From a virus, in the IMG/VR virus record IMGVR_UViG_3300023174_000087, positions 51,202-115,201 of that record: DNA of 64,000 bases; one strand, 5' to 3'. Shown here piece after piece: positions 1 to 11,452 of the stretch. The translations under genes were made by a program, and so were the position numbers. How positions within the stretch are numbered: position 1 is the stretch's first letter; every line of letters begins with the position of its first letter. The notes beneath the pieces are model-generated. The model had not been told where the DNA came from. It saw nothing but the letters and a program-made list of their open reading frames with translations, and made no database searches.

Positions 1-3000
1 CATTTGGAAATACATTTTTAGGTTCAGATCTTGGTAAACAGGAAAAGAAAACATTTAAAGAAAACTCATCAAAGTTTGGTGTAGAGCAAGCAACCTCAGA
101 TCTTGCTCTTAAGTTATCTGCACAAGTCGCAGATGGAGTTCTTGGTAAAGACCAAGCAGAAAGCATCGCAGCAGCGCTTGCATTATCATTAAAAAATCAA
201 AAAATTGAAATGCAAGTAACTGGAAAAATGAGAACTATTTTGGGTCCAGATGGAGAAGATCTAAAAGATAAGCCATTAAAGACAAGAGTTTTACTTATTG
301 CTACAGCAAGACAAAGAAGCGAAAAAGCATTAAAAACAATTGAAACAAAAAGAGAAAATGGGGATAGCGCTAGAAAAGATATAGCAGCGCTTGCTGCATA
401 CAATATTAATAATCTTGAACTTGCAACAATGCAAGCAGACGCTGTTCAGTATGAATATGAAACACAAAAGAAGAAACTTGAAATTGAAATTGCTTCAACA
501 GCAAATGCTCAAAGAAAAGTAGAACTTGAAACTCAACTTGGTACACTAAACTCTAATAATCTTAAAAATACTGAAACAATGAACAACCAAGTTCTTATGA
601 ATATTAAACAAGCAGAACTTGATTTCCAAAAAGTTTATAGTGGATCTGTTTTGGGAAGTCAGGCAAATAGAGAGGACGCTTTCTTCGATGCCTCTAGAAC
701 TACAGTAACCAATGCTTATAAAGGTACAGATCAAGAAAAATCAGCATCCAATTTCTTAAAAAATACAAAGCAACTTGAGACTGGTGCAACATCTGGAACC
801 TATAATAGCAAAACAAGTTTATATGAAAAAAATGGTCTTGGAACTGCAAGAGCAGCACAAACATTCCAAGCAAAAATGGAACTATTGGTTGGCGGAAAAG
901 TAATTAGTCCAGATGAAGCAAATTCATGGATGAAGATGTTTAAGGGAAAACTAAATGAACTTGATTTAGCAATTAATACAAGCATTAAATTAAATGGCGC
1001 AGGTAAGACAAAAGAACTATTTAATATGTTCTCAGGATTTAGAAACAAAAAAGTTGCAACAAATATGATTCAACAGATTCTTTTAACAAAGAAAAATCCT
1101 GCAGAATTTGATGCAATTATGGAAACATTAAAGAATCTACAGGCACTTGATGGAACAGCAATAGATATGGAAGTTTTAATTAAATCTATTGGTTTATCTG
1201 GAGTAGATAAAATTAAAAAAGAATTTGAGCAAATTGAAGCATTAAAAGAAAAAGCAAAAAAAGAAGGCAAAAAGATAGACTTAGAAGAAGTAAAGAAAAA
1301 AGGCGGAACTGTAAATCCCGCAATTGAAGCACTTCAAAAAGATACTAAAGCCTATAAGAAATTTACTGACTTAAATGTAGAGCAACAGGGCGAGTACTTA
1401 CAAAAACTAACTGCTGCATATGCTTATCAATCACAATTAACAGACACACAACTTGAAGAAGAAGCAGCAACATGGGCTGCAGCACAGTTATGGGAAGAGG
1501 GAATTTCACAAGATGATGCAAAATACAAAGATTCATTAGCAGCAAAAATTGCAACCTATCTTTCAAAAGGACCCCAACAAAGAGCAGTTGATTCTTTAAT
1601 ACCATATCTAGATCCAACAATACCTTCAAAAACTGGAAATGGTGCAGGTGGTGGTGGTGGCGGAACAAGAGATGCAACTTATGATGATTTATTAAAGCGT
1701 TTGAGAAATGTTCGACTGGCTGCACTTAATGCAGCAGGAGGTTTTAAAGAACTTGAAAAAGCCATAGCAGCATCTGGAAGTAAAGCAATCAAGAATCAGT
1801 TTAATGGTTTAGAGCAACAACTTATTAAACTTGGAAAGTCTACTCAATTTTCTGATTATTTGGCGGGACTTGATCAAAAAGAATTAAATGTAATGGGCAA
1901 GGCTGCAACTAAAAATGGCATTGATCCAAATACAGGTAAAAAGAAAAAGGGTGTAAAGGCTGGAGACTTTATTCTTAGTGATAAAGGTCAAAAGATGGAA
2001 AAGGGCTTTGATAAAGCCGTTATAGGAGATTACAATAAAGAGCAGTTAAAATCTGTAACATTGGCCAAGCAGGAGATTGCAGCAAGAGGAAAACTTTTAG
2101 CACTGGGCTTTAAAGAAGTAGATATTCAGACAATGCTTGCAGATGAAAACTATAAGACACTTATTGCCACAGGCAAAGTAACTGATGCAGAATTAAAAAC
2201 AAATGCTGCACTAACCCAGCAAGCAAGAATTAGAAATCAAATTAATGGCGCAGTTGCTGGACAAAAAGAGTTGCAAAAAACTACAGAAAATCAAAAAAGA
2301 ATTCCAGAAGTTATAAAAATGATGCAACAGGCAGGAATGGATGCAGAAGCAATCCGTGCAGCAATATCAGATCCAGCAATGTTAGATACGTTAATAACTG
2401 GAATGGATAATTTTGCTACTTTGGCCAAAGATGCTCAAGCAGAATTTAATCATCTATTGTCACAGATTAATGAAATTCCAGAAAGAAAAATTGTTGAAAT
2501 TGCTTTTACTCAAACAAGAGAAGAAAAAATAATTAATGCTGCAAATGCCGCAGCAGAAATGTTTGATGCCTATAAGATGATTGATGAAAATACAATAAAG
2601 AATGCACAAGGAAATACTTATGCCAGCATTCAAACTCAGATGGATAACTTAAACAATCAAGCAAAAATTGTTCAAGACAGCATAAATATAACACAATCAC
2701 AGATTGATACTCTTCAGCAAGAAGTAGATAAAGATCAAAGAAATATAGAAACAAACTTTACTCGTCCAATTGAAGCAAAGCAAAGAGCAATTGAAAAACT
2801 AAATCGTACAGCAGAAATGAATTTTGTTCGTCCAATACAAACACTTCAAGATAGATCTGCTATTTTATCTCATGATTTAGAAGTAATGAGCCATGCAGCA
2901 GATCAGATTAATGAAAAATATGATAAGCAACAAGAAGCCCTTGCCAAGGTTTCTGAAATTAACCAACAAATTATTGAACAACAACAGCAACAACTTGGGT

Positions 3001-4364
3001 TAGCAGATGCATTATCCTCTGGAGATATTTCAGCAGCAGCAAAGGCTGTACAAGGAATGCGATCAACAAGTGCATCAAACTATGCACAAAATGCTGATAA
3101 GGCTTTGCAACAAGCAAGACAAAATGAAATTGATGGACTACGTGGTGGAGTAAGTGGAAAATCACAAAAAGATATTCAAGAAGAACAATATCAAATTGGG
3201 CAACAGGTTTATGATCTTGAACAAAAGAAGGCTGCCATTGATGTAGAGATACTTAAGATTCAGGATGAAATTTATAGTCTAGAGCAATCAAGACAAGTAG
3301 CACTTGATGCAATTCAAGTTAAAACAGATGCAATTGCTAAACTTCAATACGGAACACTTCTTGATCAGCAAAACCAACTTAAAACAATAAACGATCAAAA
3401 CCTTAAGTTACAGTTACAGAGTGATGTTCTTGCATTGCAAATAAGTCAAAATGATGCAAACAGAATTATTCAAGGCCAAACTAGAGCAGAGTGGGATCTT
3501 ACATTAAAAGCAGCCCAGGCCGCAGAAAAACTTGCAAAGGGGGATCTTGCTCTTGCACTTGCTGGAATCAATACGGTTTCTGGTACAGTAAAGGGCGCAT
3601 GGGACTCTATCAAATCATCTTATGATGCAATCAAAGATAAATCCATTACCATAACTCAACATATTGTTACTACATATGGAACAGCACTTGGTTTACCACC
3701 AGTCACACCAACAGTTCCACCGCCTTCAGGAGATCCAGCAAAGGCTCCAGGATCTGCTTGGGTTTCTGATGGCAACGGTGGCTGGAAGCAACCAACAAAA
3801 CCTGCTGGGGATTATGGTTGGGATGATAATCAAGGTTGGGTAAAGGGTTATTATAAAGATGATGCTAATATACCACAGCCAGGATCACAAACAGATTCAG
3901 CAGCAGAAGCAAATATGAGAGCAAAAGCACTTGAAGAAACAGCAAGAAGAGAAAAAGAAGCAGCAGACGCTAAAGTACAGGCAGAGGCTCTTGCATTGCT
4001 AAAAGCAAAAGAAGCAGCCTCAGCAAAAGCAGATCGCATTGCAACTGGATTTGGCTGGTATGGATTTGCTAAAGGTGGAATAGTTCCAAAATATTTTGCA
4101 TCAGGTGGTTTTGCTCGTGGAACAGATACAGTTCCAGCAATGCTAACCCCAGGAGAATTTGTAATGAGTAGATATGCTGTAAATAGCCATGGCATAAATA
4201 ATATGAGTGCTTTAAATTCAGGAACATCAATGGGCGATTCAGTGTATAATTATAACTTAAATGTAAGTGTAAGATCAGATGCTAGTCCAGACGAAATTGC
4301 AAGAACGGTAATGGCACAAATAAAGCAAGTAGACTCACAAAGAATTAAGGGGAATAGACTATAA
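1..4364 (+). CDS. Tail tape measure protein, C-terminal part (5'-truncated by the window)
   Basis: Frame open from base 3; long Ala/Gln/Lys coiled-coil; C-terminal FAKGG..FASGG..GTDTVPAMLTPGEFV motif typical of tape measures; followed by tail genes. Confidence 0.88.
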   Translation, partial: FGNTFLGSDLGKQEKKTFKENSSKFGVEQATSDLALKLSAQVADGVLGKDQAESIAAALALSLKNQKIEMQVTGKMRTILGPDGEDLKDKPLKTRVLLIATARQRSEKALKTIETKRENGDSARKDIAALAAYNINNLELATMQADAVQYEYETQKKKLEIEIASTANAQRKVELETQLGTLNSNNLKNTETMNNQVLMNIKQAELDFQKVYSGSVLGSQANREDAFFDASRTTVTNAYKGTDQEKSASNFLKNTKQLETGATSGTYNSKTSLYEKNGLGTARAAQTFQAKMELLVGGKVISPDEANSWMKMFKGKLNELDLAINTSIKLNGAGKTKELFNMFSGFRNKKVATNMIQQILLTKKNPAEFDAIMETLKNLQALDGTAIDMEVLIKSIGLSGVDKIKKEFEQIEALKEKAKKEGKKIDLEEVKKKGGTVNPAIEALQKDTKAYKKFTDLNVEQQGEYLQKLTAAYAYQSQLTDTQLEEEAATWAAAQLWEEGISQDDAKYKDSLAAKIATYLSKGPQQRAVDSLIPYLDPTIPSKTGNGAGGGGGGTRDATYDDLLKRLRNVRLAALNAAGGFKELEKAIAASGSKAIKNQFNGLEQQLIKLGKSTQFSDYLAGLDQKELNVMGKAATKNGIDPNTGKKKKGVKAGDFILSDKGQKMEKGFDKAVIGDYNKEQLKSVTLAKQEIAARGKLLALGFKEVDIQTMLADENYKTLIATGKVTDAELKTNAALTQQARIRNQINGAVAGQKELQKTTENQKRIPEVIKMMQQAGMDAEAIRAAISDPAMLDTLITGMDNFATLAKDAQAEFNHLLSQINEIPERKIVEIAFTQTREEKIINAANAAAEMFDAYKMIDENTIKNAQGNTYASIQTQMDNLNNQAKIVQDSINITQSQIDTLQQEVDKDQRNIETNFTRPIEAKQRAIEKLNRTAEMNFVRPIQTLQDRSAILSHDLEVMSHAADQINEKYDKQQEALAKVSEINQQIIEQQQQQLGLADALSSGDISAAAKAVQGMRSTSASNYAQNADKALQQARQNEIDGLRGGVSGKSQKDIQEEQYQIGQQVYDLEQKKAAIDVEILKIQDEIYSLEQSRQVALDAIQVKTDAIAKLQYGTLLDQQNQLKTINDQNLKLQLQSDVLALQISQNDANRIIQGQTRAEWDLTLKAAQAAEKLAKGDLALALAGINTVSGTVKGAWDSIKSSYDAIKDKSITITQHIVTTYGTALGLPPVTPTVPPPSGDPAKAPGSAWVSDGNGGWKQPTKPAGDYGWDDNQGWVKGYYKDDANIPQPGSQTDSAAEANMRAKALEETARREKEAADAKVQAEALALLKAKEAASAKADRIATGFGWYGFAKGGIVPKYFASGGFARGTDTVPAMLTPGEFVMSRYAVNSHGINNMSALNSGTSMGDSVYNYNLNVSVRSDASPDEIARTVMAQIKQVDSQRIKGNRL

Positions 4365-5023
4365 TGGCATCAGCATCATATTTATCGGGAAGAAAAAAAT
4401 ATGGCAGACCACAAGCAGCCTTATGGTCAAATAATGCTGGAACCCTAGTAAATGGTGTATATATACCAACAGGATATGAAATAGGTGCAGATCAAACTGG
4501 CGCTTTAAGTCAATCATATTTAGATCAATTTTTAATATTGTCTGATCACAATAGATCTCCAATTAATGTTGGAAATGAAAGAATTGAAAAACGTGAAAGA
4601 ATGATTAATGGAAGAATGCGCTCTTATCATGTTGCCGATAAACTTAAATTTGATTTTAGTTGGGATATGTTGCCATCCAGGTCTTATGCAGGAGTTCCTG
4701 AATTTAATAAAGATACTGGCAAAAGTTCTATGTTTGGTGGATCTGGTCTATCAACTGGGCCAGACTCAGAGTACACCATTGATGGTGGTGCAGGTGGAGC
4801 AGAATTATTAGACTGGTACGAAAATCATACTGGGTCATTTTGGATGTTTTTAGCATATGATAAATATACAAACTTTGGATCAGACGATAATGCATACGGA
4901 CATCTTGCACAGTATAATCAAATAGTTGAGGTTTTCTTTTCAAAGTTTGACTATTCTGTACAAAAAAGAGGAAATTCTAATATGGATCTTTGGAATGTAT
5001 CTGTGTCTTTGGAAGAAGTTTAA
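4364..5023 (+). CDS. Putative distal tail / minor tail protein
   Basis: Directly after tape measure (TAATG overlap); 219 aa, ERMINGRMRSYHVADK segment. Confidence 0.6.
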   Translation: MASASYLSGRKKYGRPQAALWSNNAGTLVNGVYIPTGYEIGADQTGALSQSYLDQFLILSDHNRSPINVGNERIEKRERMINGRMRSYHVADKLKFDFSWDMLPSRSYAGVPEFNKDTGKSSMFGGSGLSTGPDSEYTIDGGAGGAELLDWYENHTGSFWMFLAYDKYTNFGSDDNAYGHLAQYNQIVEVFFSKFDYSVQKRGNSNMDLWNVSVSLEEV

Positions 5024-8000
5024 TGTTTGATAACAAAGAACTTCAAGATCACTTGGAACAATCATCAACAGTAAAAACCCAATCTGCTGTAATTGCAGAG
5101 TGGAACATGAATATTCCCACAAACATTTTAAAAATCGGAAACTATAGATATAGACCAACAGTTACAGATTCAAAATACTCACTATTACCTAACACATTTG
5201 ATCCAAATGATGCTGGAAATTATTACACAGATGCTACTGATGCAGATATCACCATTGACGGCGGTATTGAAGATTCAGGGCTTCCCATATCTTTAACCAC
5301 CAAAAAAGATAAATTAAAAATGTTATATTCATTAGAGGATTGTTTTAAACAATTTAGACCTAGATCTGGAATTAATAAGGCTAAGTATTTTAGTGGATTA
5401 TTCTTGCACCATGCCAATATGCAAATGGCTGATAGACCAAGATATTATATGTCAGATAGGCAAGACATTTTTAAATATTGGACATCCTTTAGAACTGAGT
5501 CTGGCAGCGAATATGGTATTGCAAATAAAACATCTAACGGACAAAGAATAATTGAAGACTCTGTTCCATTTGTTGTTTACAAAGAAACAATTCCAGCAAA
5601 CAGAATTGTTGTGAAGATGCAAACTCATATTGGAAGCGTTGATCTTGGAAATATTGTTTATAATTCAAAATCAATACCAGACCCACTATACGGAGATGCA
5701 AATAAATCAACCCCACTTAAATGGAAGATACAGGTGCTCAAAGGTTCTAACTGGGTAGATGGTTTATCTTTTGCTGTAGGAGAACTTAGAGCAAACGGAA
5801 AACCTATAATTGGTTCAGATGGATATGTAGAACTATCGTATGGTCTAAAGATTCCACAAAAATATAAAAGCAATTTTATTTTTGCAGAAAGGCTTTCTTC
5901 AGAAACACTTTTGCCAGAAACAAATATAGATGGATATGCCTATTTAATTGTTTCAAATAGCAATACTCGTGGTACATTTCATATTTGGAATAAAACAATG
6001 TATGAAACTTTTTCTCCAGAATATACTTGGCAATTAGCAGAAGATGTTGTTGATAGTTTTACAAACTTTGTCACAGACCTTACATCCCCAGACTATTATA
6101 ATTCAACCACTGATAATTCATTAAAGTACCGTGAGTTTGAATATATTCGTGGTGTTCGAGTTGTTGTTGATTCAATGACAAAAGCAGATGCAACATTTGA
6201 TTTGATTGAAATATCTCCAAGACTTTCAGTCAATTTAACAGATAAAGTTTTACAGTATTCTGTAAATAAAAGTGCATCAGATCTTGGAGTAAGCGGTTTA
6301 CCAGTTGGACAATTACTTGCTTCAACTGGAAGCATAAAACTTTTTGACTACGATGATTCATTTAATCAAAATAACTCTAATAGTATAATTAAAAACTATG
6401 TCTCAAGGCACATACAGTTTAAGTTATACGAAGTGATTGTAGATATAAATGGATACGATTATTATGTTCCATTAAAAACTTTGTATTCTGAAGACTTTCC
6501 AAAAATATCAAATGCTGATAGAACTGTAGAACTTAGTTTAAGGGATATGTTTTTTTATCTTGAGTCTATTACTGCTCCACAAATTTTAATGACAAATGTA
6601 TCTATAAGTTCTGCAGTCTCCCTTCTTCTTGACTATGTAGGTTTTTCAAATTATTCTTTTAAAAGGGTAAACGGAGAATCTGAAGTTACAATTCCTTATT
6701 TTTTTATTCCACCCGATATGACAGTTGCACAAGTATTACAAGACCTTGCTGTATCAACACAAACAGCAATGTTCTTTGATGAATATAATAATTTTATAAT
6801 GATGAGTAAAAATTATACTATGCCTTTAGAGTCAGAGAGATCAACAAGCATAACACTTTATGGAACTAAAGACTTTGAAGATCAAGGGGTTCGTGAAAAT
6901 TACCCATTAAATAATAAACTAACAAATATTATAGAATTAAGCAATCAAGACTCAAAAGTATATAATGATGGATCAATCAATTATACTTCAAGATATATTC
7001 AAAGATCTGTTGGTTCCATAAAACAGGCGGGATTAATTGATAATGAAAAAACATGGATATATAAGCCAGTATTGCTATGGGAAGTTACGGGAACAGATAA
7101 TACAAAATCCGTAAATGGTCAAGTTGGAAATCAGTCAACATATGTTCTTGGTGCTATTGCATTAAATTCTGATCTATCAAATTTGGTGCCATATGTTTCA
7201 AACAATAAAATTTTAAATAATACTATCGACTTTGGTGAGTCAGTGTATTGGATGACAAGATATAATGGGTATTTTTATGCAAATGGAGAAGTTATTAAAT
7301 TTGATGCAGTTGAGTATAATGTTGCTGGTGTTGGAAATGTTTGGATTTCGGATGTACAGGAGTATCAGACTTATTTTTCAAAAATACCATTTAACGGAAA
7401 AATTTATCCAACAGGTCTTGTAAGAATATACTCAGAGCCAAATTATCAAGAAGTAAATGGTGTTTTAAAATTTAAAAATGGTGACGTTGCAAAACATGGA
7501 CGAGGACAGTTTGGAACATCTATTGTAAATCATTATGCTGGACTATCTACACATTGGACAGACAGTGAAAATCTTCGTGGTTGCACCATGACTGGAGATG
7601 TTCTATTTAGTTCTATTGCAACAGAACTACCACAACCAGAAACAGGGCTATCAGTTGCAGCAGCAGGTCTTTCTACTTTTATAAATAGTGGCACACCACC
7701 TGAAACTGAACAGCCAACAAGTAATTCTATTTCTCAAAAAGCAACAAGAAATGGAATCATTAAAAACTTTTTGTCTTCAACATATATTGATCAATCAGTA
7801 ACGAATAGACTGCAAAGCACACAATCTGGATCAATTCAATCATCAGCATTTGTTATGAACGGTCCAGCACTTACAACCTCTCCAAGACCAAAAGACTTTA
7901 TTTCTTATGTATACAAACCATTAGAAGATAAATTTAAGCATTTTGGAACAAGGGTTAGAATTATTGGAAAGATAGAAAACAATATGGATCGTGGTCAAAG

Positions 8001-9354
8001 TGCTATAGGCAGTTCAAACTACTATATTATTCCAGGCACGACTCCAGAAAAAAGCATTAGCATTTCTGGTGGATCTGGTGGAATGGCAGTTATGATTAAC
8101 CCAGATACAAATATCGGTTATTATTTTGAAATTGCAGCACTTGGTATTTCAGACATAAAAAAAACAGATACAAGCAATGTAAATAATGTTTTCTTTTATA
8201 AACTTTTAAAAGATGCCAATGGCAATGCTGTACCAGTAAAACTGTGGGAAGGGCTGTCAAAGATTATTGTTGATGATGGAAATTTTGTTGGTCAATATAG
8301 GGTTGCTGCTGAAGAAAATCCAACGGTATACGATCTTTCAGTTGAATACCAAGATATAGGAAAGACAAGAAGGTTTTATTTATATATAAATAATACTTTA
8401 ATTAAGACTGTTGATGATACAAACCCACTACCTATATACAAAAATATGGCTCTTTTTGTAAGAGGGGCTTCTAGACTTATGTTTGAAAATGTTTATGCAC
8501 TTACAAATAATTACTCTCAAAACACTACTTTTGCTTTAGACACACCAGTAAATTCAATATTTGATGGAAAAGAAATTAATGCCAACGACTCATTTAGAAA
8601 ATATGCTATGAGTGGAATTGTGCAAGGAACTCACCTTTCGGGAATATCTTCTTCGGAGGGGCCAAAGTACAATATATACTTTGAAGAATTTGGAACAATT
8701 ATGAGAGAGGCAGCAGCATTTAACATTCGATACGATAAGGCATATCCTGCACTTTATGCAAAAATATCTCCAACTTTTAATAGGCTCAAAGGCTATACTG
8801 TTTCTGGTTTTAGATCTGGTTCTTATGGCGCAGAATTTTTAATATTTAATGCTACAGACACTGCTCTTAGTTTAGATGAAACATCTGGAAACTATTTAAG
8901 AATTCAGGGTATTACTTTTACTCAACAATCTCAAAATATTTTAAAGGTAGATGATTATTTTTCTAAATATTCAGATTTATCAGATCCAGATGTAAGTGGA
9001 ACCACCGTTATTACATCTCCATTTAAAATAGCAAAAGATTATGAAGATATAAAATTAAGTAGAATGACTTATGGAAATAAAGCATTTAGTTTAAATGTTC
9101 CATATGTTCAAACGACAGATGATGCCAACAACCTAATGAAGTGGATGATTTCAAAAATAATGAAACCAAGAAGATCCATTGGTGTAAAGATTTTTGCTAA
9201 CCCAATGATTCAATTAGGAGATATAGTTTCAGTAGACTATACTGAAAATGAAATAAAAAAGGGTGGACCTTCTAGATATGTTGTATACAATATTGAGTAC
9301 TCAAAAGATAAAAATGGACCAAGCATGCAATTATTTTTAAGTGAGGTAGTTTAA
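5023..9354 (+). CDS. Large minor tail / baseplate hub protein
   Basis: About 1440 aa, beta-rich; C-terminal NPMIQLGDIV motif typical of hub proteins; ATG at 5023 overlaps the upstream stop. Confidence 0.65.
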   Translation: MFDNKELQDHLEQSSTVKTQSAVIAEWNMNIPTNILKIGNYRYRPTVTDSKYSLLPNTFDPNDAGNYYTDATDADITIDGGIEDSGLPISLTTKKDKLKMLYSLEDCFKQFRPRSGINKAKYFSGLFLHHANMQMADRPRYYMSDRQDIFKYWTSFRTESGSEYGIANKTSNGQRIIEDSVPFVVYKETIPANRIVVKMQTHIGSVDLGNIVYNSKSIPDPLYGDANKSTPLKWKIQVLKGSNWVDGLSFAVGELRANGKPIIGSDGYVELSYGLKIPQKYKSNFIFAERLSSETLLPETNIDGYAYLIVSNSNTRGTFHIWNKTMYETFSPEYTWQLAEDVVDSFTNFVTDLTSPDYYNSTTDNSLKYREFEYIRGVRVVVDSMTKADATFDLIEISPRLSVNLTDKVLQYSVNKSASDLGVSGLPVGQLLASTGSIKLFDYDDSFNQNNSNSIIKNYVSRHIQFKLYEVIVDINGYDYYVPLKTLYSEDFPKISNADRTVELSLRDMFFYLESITAPQILMTNVSISSAVSLLLDYVGFSNYSFKRVNGESEVTIPYFFIPPDMTVAQVLQDLAVSTQTAMFFDEYNNFIMMSKNYTMPLESERSTSITLYGTKDFEDQGVRENYPLNNKLTNIIELSNQDSKVYNDGSINYTSRYIQRSVGSIKQAGLIDNEKTWIYKPVLLWEVTGTDNTKSVNGQVGNQSTYVLGAIALNSDLSNLVPYVSNNKILNNTIDFGESVYWMTRYNGYFYANGEVIKFDAVEYNVAGVGNVWISDVQEYQTYFSKIPFNGKIYPTGLVRIYSEPNYQEVNGVLKFKNGDVAKHGRGQFGTSIVNHYAGLSTHWTDSENLRGCTMTGDVLFSSIATELPQPETGLSVAAAGLSTFINSGTPPETEQPTSNSISQKATRNGIIKNFLSSTYIDQSVTNRLQSTQSGSIQSSAFVMNGPALTTSPRPKDFISYVYKPLEDKFKHFGTRVRIIGKIENNMDRGQSAIGSSNYYIIPGTTPEKSISISGGSGGMAVMINPDTNIGYYFEIAALGISDIKKTDTSNVNNVFFYKLLKDANGNAVPVKLWEGLSKIIVDDGNFVGQYRVAAEENPTVYDLSVEYQDIGKTRRFYLYINNTLIKTVDDTNPLPIYKNMALFVRGASRLMFENVYALTNNYSQNTTFALDTPVNSIFDGKEINANDSFRKYAMSGIVQGTHLSGISSSEGPKYNIYFEEFGTIMREAAAFNIRYDKAYPALYAKISPTFNRLKGYTVSGFRSGSYGAEFLIFNATDTALSLDETSGNYLRIQGITFTQQSQNILKVDDYFSKYSDLSDPDVSGTTVITSPFKIAKDYEDIKLSRMTYGNKAFSLNVPYVQTTDDANNLMKWMISKIMKPRRSIGVKIFANPMIQLGDIVSVDYTENEIKKGGPSRYVVYNIEYSKDKNGPSMQLFLSEVV

Positions 9355-9845
9355 TGGCAACAGATGCAGTAGCAAATCAAGCAGCAAGTACTCCAAGCAC
9401 ATCTTCTAATGGAGTAAAAATTGCAACACCAGATTTATTTATCTTTAAAGATGAAGTTGTACCTATTGAAATAATGACAGATCTTATTTTTGAAAATATT
9501 GGTGGTCAAGAATTAATTACAATTTCAAGAAATGATATAATTTCTGGTCAGTCAATATATTATCAGCCAATTAAAAATATTAGTCATCTTTATATTCAAT
9601 ATAATCCACAAAATATATTAAACTTGCAAGACACATCTGCAACCTTCTTTAAAAATTATCCTATTAAATTTGAAAAATCAATCCCAATATCGGGAACTGG
9701 CCCAAACGGTGAGATTGTTTATTTAGATCCAGTAACTGGTGATCTTGTGATAAACGTAATTAATCTTGAAAGTGATGAACAGGTAGATGTTCAAATTTTG
9801 ATTGATGGCAAACTACTTAATGGTACAATATATGGGGCGGTATAA
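9354..9845 (+). CDS. Putative minor tail protein
   Basis: Coupled ORF within the tail module. Confidence 0.5.
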   Translation: MATDAVANQAASTPSTSSNGVKIATPDLFIFKDEVVPIEIMTDLIFENIGGQELITISRNDIISGQSIYYQPIKNISHLYIQYNPQNILNLQDTSATFFKNYPIKFEKSIPISGTGPNGEIVYLDPVTGDLVINVINLESDEQVDVQILIDGKLLNGTIYGAV

Positions 9846-9848
9846 AAA

Positions 9849-11006
9849 ATGATAACTAAAACAGGCAAAGGAATAATCACTAAATATCTTATTGGACAGG
9901 CACCAGCCTATGCTTCTTATGTTGCTGTAGGGTGTGGTCCTAATGCTATTAGCGGAAGTTTGGGTGATTACTCAGATCAGACATCCCTTGATTTTGAGAT
10001 GTTTCGTGTTCCAATTACATCAAGGGGTTTTGTAACTGAGGATGGCATAAATAAAGTTGTTTTGACAGCAGAACTACCTACAGAAGAAAGGTATGAAATA
10101 ACAGAAATTGGAATTTATTCTGCAGGATCAAATCCATCTGCTGGATCTTATGATAGCAGAAATCTTTTTTCTTTTACAGAAAATGAAAATTGGGAACATC
10201 ATACAAGCACGGCAGCAGGTGCAATTGATTCTATTACTACACCGTTAAATGAAGACAGTGGAAATAATACAATTACAACAACAAAAAAAGTTTTTCAAAC
10301 AAATGCAGATAATGTTGTCTTTACAAATACACAAAGACTAAACAGAAATGAAAGATGTAGGTTTTTAAATAATATTATTGTCATGTCTGGAGACTCATCT
10401 AAAATTGATTTGCTACCAAGCGGTAAACTTGATTTAGTATCTACATGGGGTACTGGACAAAATATTAAGAACTCTTCACATATACATCTTAATGGAACGC
10501 CTCCAGATTTTAATAAGCAATCTCCAAAAGATGAAATTCGTTTTGCATTTTCTGTAATTAATAAAAATGGAACAGATGGAACCAAGCCCAAAAAGATTAG
10601 ATTAATGGTAGAGTTTGCAGAAGATGATGCTTACAGCGTAGGACAATATGCAAGATTTGAAGTAGATATTTCTCATATTGATAATGATCCAGTTTATGAT
10701 TTTTCAGATAATAGATATTTTGTTGTATCTAAAAAATTAGAAGAACTAACAAAGACTTCTGCTTTTTCTTGGGGATCTATGAAACTTGTAAAAATACATG
10801 CATGCATTTTAGATCAAAACGATGAGCCATCTGAAAACTTTTTAGTTTGTCTTGATGCAATTAGATTAGAAAATACATATAGTCAAAATCCATTATATGG
10901 TCTTACAGGTTATTCTGTTGTAAAGAATACAAATGCAAGACCAATTATTAAGTCTGCAAACACATCAAATTTTATTGAGTTTAGATTTAATGTTGGTGTT
11001 GCGTAG
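9849..11006 (+). CDS. Putative tail/baseplate structural protein
   Basis: MITKTGK..YVAVGCG..ITEIGIYS N-terminus resembles tail-fibre/baseplate attachment domains. Confidence 0.55.
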   Translation: MITKTGKGIITKYLIGQAPAYASYVAVGCGPNAISGSLGDYSDQTSLDFEMFRVPITSRGFVTEDGINKVVLTAELPTEERYEITEIGIYSAGSNPSAGSYDSRNLFSFTENENWEHHTSTAAGAIDSITTPLNEDSGNNTITTTKKVFQTNADNVVFTNTQRLNRNERCRFLNNIIVMSGDSSKIDLLPSGKLDLVSTWGTGQNIKNSSHIHLNGTPPDFNKQSPKDEIRFAFSVINKNGTDGTKPKKIRLMVEFAEDDAYSVGQYARFEVDISHIDNDPVYDFSDNRYFVVSKKLEELTKTSAFSWGSMKLVKIHACILDQNDEPSENFLVCLDAIRLENTYSQNPLYGLTGYSVVKNTNARPIIKSANTSNFIEFRFNVGVA

Positions 11007-11446
11007 TGGCAGACTCAAAAATAAAAAAGGTAGTTATACCAAAATCTAAACTACCATCAGTTAGTGGAAATGAAAAGGGCTATACTGTAAGATATAGAAT
11101 TGTTTCAGAAGATAAAAATAGAACATCTCACTGGTCAGCACAATATAAACTTGGTGTACAAAATCAAACTCCAATAGATTATGCAATATCTGTTGATACT
11201 ACTGGAAAAATAATCAATGTTGTTTGGACACCACCAACTGGATCAACAAGTATTTTTGATGTATATGTTAAATGGGATAATCAAGATTGGAAATCTGTTG
11301 GTCAGGTTTTATCTCCAAACTACTCTGCCCTAGTGCCAGTTGGGTCAACATCTGTAAAAGTTGCTGTTCAGATTCCAACATTTCCAAAAAGTAGATTTGT
11401 GTTTGCCACACTGTTTGAAACAACAGCAACCTCTGTAGTGGTATAA
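11006..11446 (+). CDS. Putative minor tail protein (Ig/FN3-like)
   Basis: YTVRYRIVSEDKNRTSHWS; beta-rich; module position. Confidence 0.45.
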   Translation: MADSKIKKVVIPKSKLPSVSGNEKGYTVRYRIVSEDKNRTSHWSAQYKLGVQNQTPIDYAISVDTTGKIINVVWTPPTGSTSIFDVYVKWDNQDWKSVGQVLSPNYSALVPVGSTSVKVAVQIPTFPKSRFVFATLFETTATSVVV

Positions 11447-11447
11447 T
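11439..11447 (+). promoter_or_regulatory. Extended -10 promoter (TGgTATAAT), probably leaderless
   Basis: TATAAT 11442-11447, ATG at 11453, no SD. Confidence 0.6.
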
Positions 11448-11452
11448 AGATT